Part shown: piece by piece, positions 24,707-33,321 of the stretch | How positions within the stretch are numbered: the first letter of the stretch is position 1 | Layout of the letters: the number at the start of each line of letters is the position of its first letter | Source: Candidatus Altimarinota bacterium | GTDB taxonomy: Bacteria > Patescibacteriota > Gracilibacteria > JBDHUY01 | Length of the DNA: 37,929 nt | Assembly: GCA_039809385.1 (NCBI GenBank) | Contig: JBDHUY010000016.1 | Coordinates: 1 to 37,929, forward strand | Reading direction: 5' to 3' | The notes under the pieces: model-generated | Seen by the model: only the letters and a program-made list of their open reading frames with translations | Database searches by the model: none | Told to the model about the DNA's origin: nothing | Program-made: the position numbers and the translations under genes

Positions 24707-25759
24707 TTAGAGAGTAGGTTTATTGGTTTTAGTCCACGAAGTGCTTGATTTGCTACTCTTGGACCAGTTGGTTATAGGTTTTACTTGGCCGTTCCATGAG
24801 GTTGCGGGTTTTGTGGCTTTGGAAAAAGAGACTGCGTTTTTCACTGCCTTGGACCAGTTCGTAACCGCTTTGGTAGCTCGGCTCCAGATCCCGGCAGTAA
24901 AACCGTTCAGATAAATAGTGAGCGATGTGATCAGAGAAAGAGCCTCGGATACAACCTTGCCAGGATTTTTTATCAGGCTGTCGGTTAGGCTAAGCGACTG
25001 ACTCAAAATCTTGCCGCCGGTCTTTACTAGAACATTGCCGAGAGTAATACTTTCGGTCAGGGCCCGGGCCGGCAATTTTATGACCAAGTCAAGAAATGCT
25101 AGGGATTGGATCAAAACTTTGGTGGTGCTCTTGGAAATAGTATCCGCGATACTCAGACTTTCGGTCATGATCTTCTCGCGGGCCAGATTGAGCACTTCGC
25201 CGAGGCCGATCGTCTCGCTGCAGATCCGGGTGACCGTTCGGGTAATGAAATCGGACCAGTTCAATACCTCGGTCAAAACCCGCTCGCGGGCCTTGAGCAA
25301 GGTATCGGTGAGACTCAGGCTTTCGGCCAGAGATCGGCCAGTATCCTTTACGAGTACATTTCCCAATGTAACAGTTTCGAGCAAACCTCTTCCCACTGCC
25401 CGAAAAATACTGTCGGCAAAAGCGATACTTTCGTTAAATGAAAGACCCCGTTCAAACTTTTCCGACAATGTTATGGTTTCGTTTAGTATGCGGCTAGTCA
25501 TTTTATTCAGGATATCGGAAAAAGTAATATTCTCGCTTAGGTTCCTCCCTGGAGCTTTGAGCAAAGTTTCTCCGAGAGTCAATGTTTCAGTACAGTTCTG
25601 GGTGTAACTACTGCCACTCGGCGGAAAGATATAGGCCGCCGGCGTACCGCGATCCCAGTACTTTTGTGTACCCATGTCATTGGTGGCGTTCTTTGTTCCC
25701 ATGAACGGCACTCCTCTTTCCCAGTATTGCTGCTCCCCATTGGGGTTTGCTGCTGCCAT
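24707..25759 (-). CDS. Repetitive fibre-like structural protein
   Basis: About twelve 20-aa repeats (E-S/T-L/I-S/T-L-x-D/E-x-L-x-K/R) and C-terminal 10-aa Trp repeats. Confidence 0.75.
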   Translation of the reverse strand: MAAANPNGEQQYWERGVPFMGTKNATNDMGTQKYWDRGTPAAYIFPPSGSSYTQNCTETLTLGETLLKAPGRNLSENITFSDILNKMTSRILNETITLSEKFERGLSFNESIAFADSIFRAVGRGLLETVTLGNVLVKDTGRSLAESLSLTDTLLKARERVLTEVLNWSDFITRTVTRICSETIGLGEVLNLAREKIMTESLSIADTISKSTTKVLIQSLAFLDLVIKLPARALTESITLGNVLVKTGGKILSQSLSLTDSLIKNPGKVVSEALSLITSLTIYLNGFTAGIWSRATKAVTNWSKAVKNAVSFSKATKPATSWNGQVKPITNWSKSSKSSTSWTKTNKPTL

Positions 25760-25818
25760 TTAAAATATTTTTGATAATGAATTACCCTGATTGCAAGTTA
25801 ATCCTTAATAATTGATCA

Positions 25819-28296
25819 TTAGCTGACCGACCAGTCATCCACGTTGACGTACCCCGCCGTACCGTCGAGATCGACGAAAAACTCAAGCACTGCATCGTCA
25901 GTGACGCTTGGTGAAGTACCGGTGAGTTGCTCCCATGTTCCGGTACCGACGCTCATTGTATCGATCAACGTATCGCTGCTTACGCCGGCCGCGTTGTTCT
26001 TGCGGCATACCAGTCGCGGTTGATTGCCATTATACGAGGCGTCTTTACGGACCCAGGCATTTATGGTAAACGTGGCGCCGCTGTTGACGGCTACTTTCTT
26101 GATGCCACTCACGATCTTATTACTCGCATTATTCGGCGTGATCTTCTCACTGGGTGATGCGGTTTTATAGGTAGTGGTATCGACATCGACCGTGCCGTAC
26201 GGATACCAGGCTCGGTGTAATCCTGCCGTCTGGTCGTGTCTTTGCGCGCGGATATACGAACCGTCGGCCATGTTTGACTGCCCGAGCAATTCGGTTGCAC
26301 TCGCCAGTTTGGTATTGTTCAAAAAAATCGTGACATAACAATTCCCAGCCAAATCTATATCTCTGGTATGTGCCGTCTTAATTCCCGCAGCTGTTCCAAA
26401 ATCGCCGTCATTGATTACTAAATCAACGACAGCAATAGCTGAATTGATTTCTATTCCCATCGTCGTTGAGAAAGTCGAATCCCCGTTAAGGGTCAATGCA
26501 TTGATTGTGACTCCCGCCACATGACTTCCAACAAAATGAACATTCTGCCCCGCATTTCCAAATGCAACAATCGAAGATATTGTCAAACAACGAACATTGC
26601 TACTGAAATACAATCCGGAGTTATTATTCCTCCATATAATGATATCACCGAGTACACTATTGTACACCGGAGCACTTAATACAAAACCAAACCCGCCGTT
26701 CGAGTGAGAAATAATACCATCTATCGTCCCCGATATTATCGCATTCGTCTCATTGACACTAAAACCATAATTGATTGCACCAATACTTCGGCAATCCACC
26801 CACGAGATGCCCGCATCAGCCGTATAAAATCCGTGCGTACTAGCAGCAACGACGAGCATAGACACACAACGCTCAAAAGATATATTTGATCCGGACGTTC
26901 CGGAATAAACCCCAAAAGCCCCGGCCGTTGTTCCTCCGGTAACACTGCAAAGATTGTACGCGACACAGTCTGTCATCGTAATGTTATTCGCAGAGGATCC
27001 AGTAACATAGACACCGTAGTCTTCAAAATCGTGATACGAGCATCCAACCCAGTTACTACTGCCTGTGGTTGTTCCTATCTCTACGCCTCTCTGGTTGGTT
27101 GCGTTCTGTCCTAGATAATAAAATTCAACATACTGTTCCTGAACAATTGCTGTTGGCGCCGTATATACATAAGCCACCGCTGTAGTGGTTACAACCGTTG
27201 TCTTGACATTTCTTGTGATATTGATGATCTCAGCCTGAATCGGTGCAGTTCCAGCATGCGCATTGGTCAAACCAGAACTAATCGTAATAGTAGTCCCTGA
27301 TGCATCAGAGCTCAATGTTCTCTTCTCGCATTGGGTATTGGTGCGGGTAGTAGAAGCAATACAAATCTCATCACCATTTTTCCAGCCAGTGGATACGTCG
27401 GACGTTAATGACGTTGCCGAAGCGGAAGCATCCGCCGAGAGCAGAGCCATGACATACGTCAGCGCATTACCGTATTCGTTGATAATCGATCCGTTGCGCC
27501 GTAAGAATCCAAAATCACCGTCACTTGCACAATCAAACTCAAGCTTGGCCGTAGAACTGGCCGGCATGGGCGTGCCCGACGTGCCCCGGTTCCAGGTGCC
27601 GCCGTTATAGACGATCACGAGACCCGACATGCGGAGGTTGTAGTTGGTAGAAGCACTCGTTCCCCAGGTCAGAGTGCCACGCTTGCCCACCGACAAAGAA
27701 GCCAGAGTGGTCGACCCGCCGCCGTAATCGGTCGTGGCAGTTTCGTTCATGGTTATGGTAATGTCATTCCCTGTTCCCGCACCTGTATGTTCACCGATCA
27801 CGTGCATGGTGTCCCCTGCTGCCGGGGCCTGGGTGGTCGTTGTACGCAATAATCGGGACCAGTTTCCATCTGTGGAGTCTCGATACAGGTTCACTTGTGT
27901 ACTGTTCGAGGTTTTGGCCCGGACCTGATAGTTTTTCCCGGCCGTGAGCGTGCGGTTTGTCCCGAATTTGAAGAATACCCAGCCGCCCTCATTGTTGGTG
28001 GTGCTACAAGAGGGTAGATCGGCAACATCAATCGTGACCGAGTCAACTGAGACACTATCCGTTGAGTTCCACAGCTCAATAGAGACTGTCCCGCTCGGCG
28101 ACACGGTTCGCGATGCCAGCTTGACTGCGATGCCGTCCACCGTGATCGCTCCTGGCGTGAAGTTAGCACTGGCCACATAAGAAGTGGTCAGCGCCGTATT
28201 ATTATTTTCAGAATCCAACAATGCGGTACTGTTGACCAGCGCCCAGGACCCCGAGGCCGTCCAGTTGCCGGTCGCGACTGATATGAGTGTGGCCAT
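25819..28296 (-). CDS. Large beta-helix tail spike/receptor-binding protein
   Basis: 825 aa, T/S/G/N-rich; EIINITRNVK motif followed by beta-helix rungs; C-terminal CBM-like jelly roll (TWEQLT...VNVDDWS). Confidence 0.7.
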   Translation of the reverse strand: MATLISVATGNWTASGSWALVNSTALLDSENNNTALTTSYVASANFTPGAITVDGIAVKLASRTVSPSGTVSIELWNSTDSVSVDSVTIDVADLPSCSTTNNEGGWVFFKFGTNRTLTAGKNYQVRAKTSNSTQVNLYRDSTDGNWSRLLRTTTTQAPAAGDTMHVIGEHTGAGTGNDITITMNETATTDYGGGSTTLASLSVGKRGTLTWGTSASTNYNLRMSGLVIVYNGGTWNRGTSGTPMPASSTAKLEFDCASDGDFGFLRRNGSIINEYGNALTYVMALLSADASASATSLTSDVSTGWKNGDEICIASTTRTNTQCEKRTLSSDASGTTITISSGLTNAHAGTAPIQAEIINITRNVKTTVVTTTAVAYVYTAPTAIVQEQYVEFYYLGQNATNQRGVEIGTTTGSSNWVGCSYHDFEDYGVYVTGSSANNITMTDCVAYNLCSVTGGTTAGAFGVYSGTSGSNISFERCVSMLVVAASTHGFYTADAGISWVDCRSIGAINYGFSVNETNAIISGTIDGIISHSNGGFGFVLSAPVYNSVLGDIIIWRNNNSGLYFSSNVRCLTISSIVAFGNAGQNVHFVGSHVAGVTINALTLNGDSTFSTTMGIEINSAIAVVDLVINDGDFGTAAGIKTAHTRDIDLAGNCYVTIFLNNTKLASATELLGQSNMADGSYIRAQRHDQTAGLHRAWYPYGTVDVDTTTYKTASPSEKITPNNASNKIVSGIKKVAVNSGATFTINAWVRKDASYNGNQPRLVCRKNNAAGVSSDTLIDTMSVGTGTWEQLTGTSPSVTDDAVLEFFVDLDGTAGYVNVDDWSVS

Positions 28297-28308
28297 CGGA
28301 AAATAAAG

Positions 28309-28938
28309 TTAGGAACATTGAATCCTCCAGGTAATGGTGAGGCTATCCCCGTTTACAACATTAAGGGCAGAGAAAGCCTGTCGGGCCAGCAAGGTGCCGC
28401 TCGACGAAGCATTGAACAGGCCGGCTTCGGTCACAGCCTGCGAACCGGTCACCGAAAAGGCATAGGTTACCTGGGCCGTATCGTTCGTAACCGAGGTGGT
28501 AATGCGCGAGACCGTGCCGTTTGCTCGGGATAGGCCCGATGCGGCCAGCTCCGTTTCCAGCGTCGTATTGCCAGCTGCGGGGCTGGTGGTACCCGTTCCG
28601 ACGCCAATATACGTAAATGCCGCTTCTCCTCCCGATCCGTTAATACGGCTGGCTGCGCCCGCTTTGCCGGCGCTGACGATCAGGTTTTTCAATGAAAGCG
28701 AAGTTCTCCAGCTGCCGAGTAAAAAAGGAATGCGCAAACCGCATACCGCCAGGTCTTCCCGGATCGAGTACCCCTTTGCTTTGAGATAGCGAAAAAAGCG
28801 CAAGAATAATCTGCCCAAAAAGTTATCCTGCCATAGACGTTTTACTTCCCCGTCCGGACCGCGGAGCTGATAGGTCACGTTTTCAATTGCCTTCCATTTG
28901 CCGCCGATCAATCGATTAAATTGCTGTATTGCTTCCAT
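28309..28938 (-). CDS. Virion structural protein (tail-fibre attachment-like domain)
   Basis: NLIVSAGK...YIGVGTGTT...TEAGLFN...GTLLAR...GDSLTITW motif common in phage tail modules. Confidence 0.7.
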   Translation of the reverse strand: MEAIQQFNRLIGGKWKAIENVTYQLRGPDGEVKRLWQDNFLGRLFLRFFRYLKAKGYSIREDLAVCGLRIPFLLGSWRTSLSLKNLIVSAGKAGAASRINGSGGEAAFTYIGVGTGTTSPAAGNTTLETELAASGLSRANGTVSRITTSVTNDTAQVTYAFSVTGSQAVTEAGLFNASSSGTLLARQAFSALNVVNGDSLTITWRIQCS

Positions 28939-28954
28939 AAAAAATAGTAAAAAA

Positions 28955-29269
28955 TTAAAATGTTTTTGATGTCAGTTCCTCAGCCAGCTGCTCCACTTTC
29001 TCGATCTCTTCCTGTTCATCCACCGCTTTCTCGGCCGAAAGTTCATCCTCGGCGATACTCTGCTTGATTTTTACCAACTCAGACTCAAGCGCTTCCTGCT
29101 CCATATCGATCGGAAAATGAAAAAGCCGTTCGATTGTCTTTTCGCCAAACTGCACAAGTACTCCGATTTTGAGACGGAATTGGTTTTCAAAAGTTTCCCG
29201 CGAAACTTCCGTTACCTGCAGCGATGCCGACAAAATACGTTCTGAGCCTTTTCGAGGATCTAGCTTCAT
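28955..29269 (-). CDS. Hypothetical protein in structural operon
   Basis: Likely ATG at 29269 (MKLDPRK); acidic helical C-terminus. Confidence 0.6.
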   Translation of the reverse strand: MKLDPRKGSERILSASLQVTEVSRETFENQFRLKIGVLVQFGEKTIERLFHFPIDMEQEALESELVKIKQSIAEDELSAEKAVDEQEEIEKVEQLAEELTSKTF

Positions 29270-29296
29270 AAAGTGAAGATAAAAAAATAATTTCAA

Positions 29297-30004
29297 TCAA
29301 TATTGTTCGCCCGTATCGTGCGGTAATTGGGCATAAAACTCGCGATCCATATTGGCGTTCGTAATCGAATCGAGCGCCTTCATCAGATCTTTCTCCCAGC
29401 TCATTTCCGATTCGGTCAAAGGAACCGGCTTATCCTGCGAACTTTTCCACTCGATCACTATCTTGTCGGCCAATACTTTGTGGAATTGTCGGGGAAATCC
29501 GGCTGTCGTACTCGACGGGTCGACACTCATATCGTTTGAACCGGCGAGACTGGTAAAATCGGCCGGCCATTGTATCCCCCAGAGAGAAAGTCCGTTCGTG
29601 ACATTCGAAATAGCCGAACCCGTCAGCAAATATATCGACCGATCCGTTAGTTCGTATTGGGGATAGTTGTCAGAAAAATTCTGCTGAATTGTATTCTCGT
29701 CGGTAGTTTTTTGATACAAGTTAAAATCAACCTCGGCGGCGCGCTTCCAATTCGTACCGTCAAGCTTGACTTCAACGATCTTGATCCGATTCAATATCTC
29801 GTCCGGAAAGGAATATTGTCGCTGGTTCGCCACGAGACTCGTCAGAAATTGTTTATTGAAATAATCCTCGTTCTTTTTCTCGATCTCGCGGGAGATTTCG
29901 TCTTTCCACACGTTGATCAAAACCAGCATATCCGCGTCCGGAAACGTAGTCGGATCGGTCTTAGTACGAAACCGCACGTAGGCGGCAAGTTTTACAGTTG
30001 TCAT
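29297..30004 (-). CDS. Head-tail adaptor / tail tubular protein A-like
   Basis: LVANQRQYSFPD and FPRQFHKVLA motifs; position after capsid genes. Confidence 0.65.
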   Translation of the reverse strand: MTTVKLAAYVRFRTKTDPTTFPDADMLVLINVWKDEISREIEKKNEDYFNKQFLTSLVANQRQYSFPDEILNRIKIVEVKLDGTNWKRAAEVDFNLYQKTTDENTIQQNFSDNYPQYELTDRSIYLLTGSAISNVTNGLSLWGIQWPADFTSLAGSNDMSVDPSSTTAGFPRQFHKVLADKIVIEWKSSQDKPVPLTESEMSWEKDLMKALDSITNANMDREFYAQLPHDTGEQY

Positions 30005-30021
30005 AGGAATCTTTTAAGAGA

Positions 30022-30046
30022 TCCGGGCGGTTGTCTGCCGCCCGGA
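30022..30046 (-). terminator. GC-rich intergenic hairpin (weak terminator or RNA stability element)
   Basis: TCCGGGCGG/CCGCCCGGA perfect 9-bp inverted repeat just after the 30056 stop. Confidence 0.5.
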
Positions 30047-30055
30047 AGTAATTGA

Positions 30056-30553
30056 CTAAGATACGGCATCCAGCGCCGGGTAAAAAGGATACGGGGTATT
30101 GACATAGGTTACCGTGAGAGATCCGGTATCCAATGCCGTGGTACCCCCAACGAAGTCGCTACCCGTTCCATTTTCGATAATGGCAAAGCCGATCACGGAT
30201 TCGCTATCGGGAATCGTCGGAAACACGATAGCTGCGAGCGTTGTCACACCTACTGCTGACATACGTGTTCGTAAGGTACCGGAGACGTCAACCGTAAACA
30301 CCGCCACACACTTATTCGTGGTTGGATACGTTCCCGAGAGTGCAGCCATGTCTGCCGCTGCCTTGGTGATCAGCACACCTTCCACACGGGCAGTAATAGT
30401 GTTGACGGTCTTGGCTAAAGCTGAACTTCCGGCTTTGATAGCCAGACCGCCCGAGTTTAACACGACGTTTCCCTGAAAATGCTGCACTTGGCTTATGAAG
30501 TCACGCAGCCCCTGTATCGCATTCCAGAGGGATTTTGCAATTGAGAGAGCCAT
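30056..30553 (-). CDS. Minor capsid/decoration-like protein
   Basis: 165 aa, A/G/T-rich, FVGGTTALD motif, capsid-module position. Confidence 0.55.
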   Translation of the reverse strand: MALSIAKSLWNAIQGLRDFISQVQHFQGNVVLNSGGLAIKAGSSALAKTVNTITARVEGVLITKAAADMAALSGTYPTTNKCVAVFTVDVSGTLRTRMSAVGVTTLAAIVFPTIPDSESVIGFAIIENGTGSDFVGGTTALDTGSLTVTYVNTPYPFYPALDAVS

Positions 30554-30610
30554 AAATTTTTAAATAAAAGATTAAAATACTGTGAAGTTTTTTTGTTTTT
30601 TAAAAAAGAA

Positions 30611-31153
30611 CTAAGAAACGCCGAATTCCCTGGCGGCATCTTTATTATTTTGGAGGTTCAGACGATGTCCTTGAGGAACCTTCGTCACACTCTCAACGTG
30701 CTGTTTCACCAGCTCGGCGATGGATTTAGGCACTTCGACCATTATTCCTTTCTGGATGATGTACCTATAACCATTGATCGAGACCATATCCTGAGCTCCT
30801 TCCTTCTCCCCGTTCATCAGCGGCCAGAAAACCGAGACCTTGGGTTCGGAGTCCAAAATCCTTTTGATTTCGAGTTGCTCTTCGAGATCCCGATTGATCC
30901 GGTCTTGCACTGGGTCATGAGTAGAAGAAGATTGGTCTCTTTTCAAGTTCGCAATCTCTTTTTCTTTTTGCTGATTCGATACCTTCATCTCTTGCAATTG
31001 CTCGCGCATCTCTGCCATTTGCGCAACGAGATCTTCCAGCACTGTATTAGTCGCAGAACTTTCTTCAGAATCAGCTCCTGAATCTTGCGACGGATCCTGA
31101 GAAGTATTTTCAGAATCGTCTTTTTTCAAACTTTCGGATTTAGTTGATTTCAT
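30611..31153 (-). CDS. Conserved protein downstream of N4-gp56-type capsid
   Basis: VSINGYRYIIQKGIMVEVPKSIAELV motif typical of genes following this capsid family. Confidence 0.65.
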   Translation of the reverse strand: MKSTKSESLKKDDSENTSQDPSQDSGADSEESSATNTVLEDLVAQMAEMREQLQEMKVSNQQKEKEIANLKRDQSSSTHDPVQDRINRDLEEQLEIKRILDSEPKVSVFWPLMNGEKEGAQDMVSINGYRYIIQKGIMVEVPKSIAELVKQHVESVTKVPQGHRLNLQNNKDAAREFGVS

Positions 31154-31183
31154 TTTTGAAATTTAAGGAGTAAAATTCGACAC

Positions 31184-31219
31184 TTTAAGAGAAGCAGTTT
31201 CTAGGCTGCTTCTCTTAAA
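31184..31219. terminator. Long hairpin after the major capsid gene
   Basis: TTTAAGAGAAGCAG/CTGCTTCTCTTAAA perfect 14-bp inverted repeat, 8-nt loop. Confidence 0.65.
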
Positions 31220-31224
31220 TGCGC

Positions 31225-32211
31225 TTAGGAACCGTAAGTCTCAAGCCGGGCCATGAAAGCATTATTCAAAATCAATGCCGCAAACGTGGCTTTCCACCCC
31301 ATCGTTTGGCGCTGATTCAAGGCATCGGCCGAACCGGCCGAACCAAGCGGATGAATAATCGTCTCCATGGCATGCCCGGCCACTTCTGTAGTCCCATAGG
31401 CTTCACGCGCCAAGATTAACGTAGCATAAACATCCACGCCGCCAGAGCCGCCACCAGCAAATTTTTTAGCATTCGAGCTCATAACAAAGCGAAACATACT
31501 GTACGAGCCAACCTCGCCAGGCAGTATACCCATCTGGGCACTGTACTTTTCGACTCTAGTAAAGCCGGTAAGACCTTTTAGAACGTAATAAACTCGAGGA
31601 TGGATGATCGCGACAAAACAAGCCGGAATCGGAGTCGTATTCACCTTGTCTGTCGGATTTATCATCTCAGTAATCGGTCGTGCGTTGTTTTCCAAAAGAT
31701 TCCGCTCGATCTTATCCAGCAAGGTCGTACTGATTACATCCGACGAAGTTATCTGATTGCGGTTCGTGTACGTCGAAGGTAAAAACAGATTCGTCCCCGC
31801 CACCAGTACGTCCCGGGTAACCTGATCGAGCGTATCCGCTGCCTGATCCCCCTGTAAATCGGAGGTATCCATCAGGCTCTCATTTTTCATCAAGTCGTCC
31901 GGAGTCTCCCATTCGAGTACGTCCGATATGGTGACATAGTCGCCATATTGAGCATACGTCACCTGTACTTCCGTCGTAGACAATTGGGAACCGTTAGGCG
32001 TCACTCCTTCGGTGAGCGGAGTTGTCGCGGCTGTCAAATTGCTGTAACGGCGAAATTTCACAGTGCCGGTACCGGCTTTGGTTGGGATCGATTTAACCCG
32101 GCCCCAACGATTGTGGAGAAATAAAGGGAGCGCACGCAGTAGCAGATTTTTGTCGTAAAAGTTATTGACTTCTGCCGGTACCTGCGTACGCGTGGTTACA
32201 CTAGCTGCCAT
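31225..32211 (-). CDS. Major capsid protein, N4-gp56 family
   Basis: FYDKNLLLRALP...VKFRRY...TPLTEGVTP...QYGDYVTISD...DALNQRQTMGWK signature. Confidence 0.92.
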   Translation of the reverse strand: MAASVTTRTQVPAEVNNFYDKNLLLRALPLFLHNRWGRVKSIPTKAGTGTVKFRRYSNLTAATTPLTEGVTPNGSQLSTTEVQVTYAQYGDYVTISDVLEWETPDDLMKNESLMDTSDLQGDQAADTLDQVTRDVLVAGTNLFLPSTYTNRNQITSSDVISTTLLDKIERNLLENNARPITEMINPTDKVNTTPIPACFVAIIHPRVYYVLKGLTGFTRVEKYSAQMGILPGEVGSYSMFRFVMSSNAKKFAGGGSGGVDVYATLILAREAYGTTEVAGHAMETIIHPLGSAGSADALNQRQTMGWKATFAALILNNAFMARLETYGS

Positions 32212-32237
32212 ATACTATAGAGAGCTAAAGGGATAAA

Positions 32238-32921
32238 TTATCCCCGTAACAGGCTCTTTTTATGGTCGGCGAATTCTTCCATGGACATATCCTGCCAGTT
32301 CTTCTGTTGAATATTGCCCGGGGAACCGCCTCCTGTTACGGATGCGGCCGCCTCCGCGTCAGCCTGTTTCGCCCTCTCGACACCGATACGCATGAGATCT
32401 TTCCCGGCGACTTCGTAGGCAATCGATTCGATCGGGATAGATCTGCGGCTCGTGTGCAGAGCGAACTTCTGGATCTTCTCGGCGTATGGCCTGAAAACAT
32501 CGTTTCCCGGCTGGCTTAGAAAGTCATCGACTTCCTGTTTCACCTGCTGGGTCTCTTTCTCCTTGCGGAGAGATTCAAAGACGGGCCCATATTCCTGATC
32601 CACCACCTTTCTGACAGTCGACTGTATCGGATCATCCAGATCGTCAGGATCATCACCTGATCCCTGACCTTGCGAGTCGTCCTGTTTCTTGGCTTCTCGC
32701 TTCTCCTGGCGTTCCCGATAGTAGTCCTGCGGAGTTTTCCTCACCGGTGGCTCGTCCGTTGCCGGAAGTTCAGTCGGTGGGGGTGTACCTGTCGCGGGTG
32801 GAGTAGTACTCTCGGGCTTGACAGCAGATCCCGGGGCTGGCTCATTGCCGGCAGTCGCGTCTCCTGCATTAGGAGCAGGAGGAGTCGTGACCGGATCGGC
32901 AACGGTAGGATTGTCTCCCAT
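32238..32921 (-). CDS. Capsid scaffolding protein
   Basis: Pro/acidic disordered N-terminus, helical core, terminal WQDMSMEEFA motif; immediately upstream of the capsid gene. Confidence 0.75.
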   Translation of the reverse strand: MGDNPTVADPVTTPPAPNAGDATAGNEPAPGSAVKPESTTPPATGTPPPTELPATDEPPVRKTPQDYYRERQEKREAKKQDDSQGQGSGDDPDDLDDPIQSTVRKVVDQEYGPVFESLRKEKETQQVKQEVDDFLSQPGNDVFRPYAEKIQKFALHTSRRSIPIESIAYEVAGKDLMRIGVERAKQADAEAAASVTGGGSPGNIQQKNWQDMSMEEFADHKKSLLRG

Positions 32922-33016
32922 ATATAGTCGTGGGGTTACATCGGACTAAAACGGCCCGTGCGTTTTGATCATTCATTGTGATGTGAATGGTCGGAATAAA
33001 GGACACACAGTATCCC

Positions 33017-33316
33017 CTATTCTAACGACTCAGTACCTGTATTGATTCTTTGAGGGTAAGGATCATCGGAAGCATAGACATCCTCATGCGAAGCCTGCAG
33101 AAGCACTACATGCGGTACAGAGATCAATTGTTCCAGCATCTTAAGCGTCTTTCTCTGCGCTTGCACCGATACAGGATCCGCCTCGGTTCCATAGAGCAAT
33201 TTGGACTTCAGGGTTTCTATCAGATTTTCTCGCACATATTCGGCATAGATCTTCCACGGATAGGTCGATATCAGCGATTGCATAGCTGCTGCTAGTTCTT
33301 TTTTACTGAGATCCAT
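33017..33316 (-). CDS. Small helical protein between portal and scaffold
   Basis: 99 aa; position and L...S..W pattern typical of podovirus post-portal genes. Confidence 0.65.
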   Translation of the reverse strand: MDLSKKELAAAMQSLISTYPWKIYAEYVRENLIETLKSKLLYGTEADPVSVQAQRKTLKMLEQLISVPHVVLLQASHEDVYASDDPYPQRINTGTESLE

Positions 33317-33321
33317 GACAT

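Noticed and set aside
30240-30250. GTTGTCACACC match to E1 A' (7280-7290)
   Set aside because: 11-mer in mid-gene with no second box nearby; likely coincidental.
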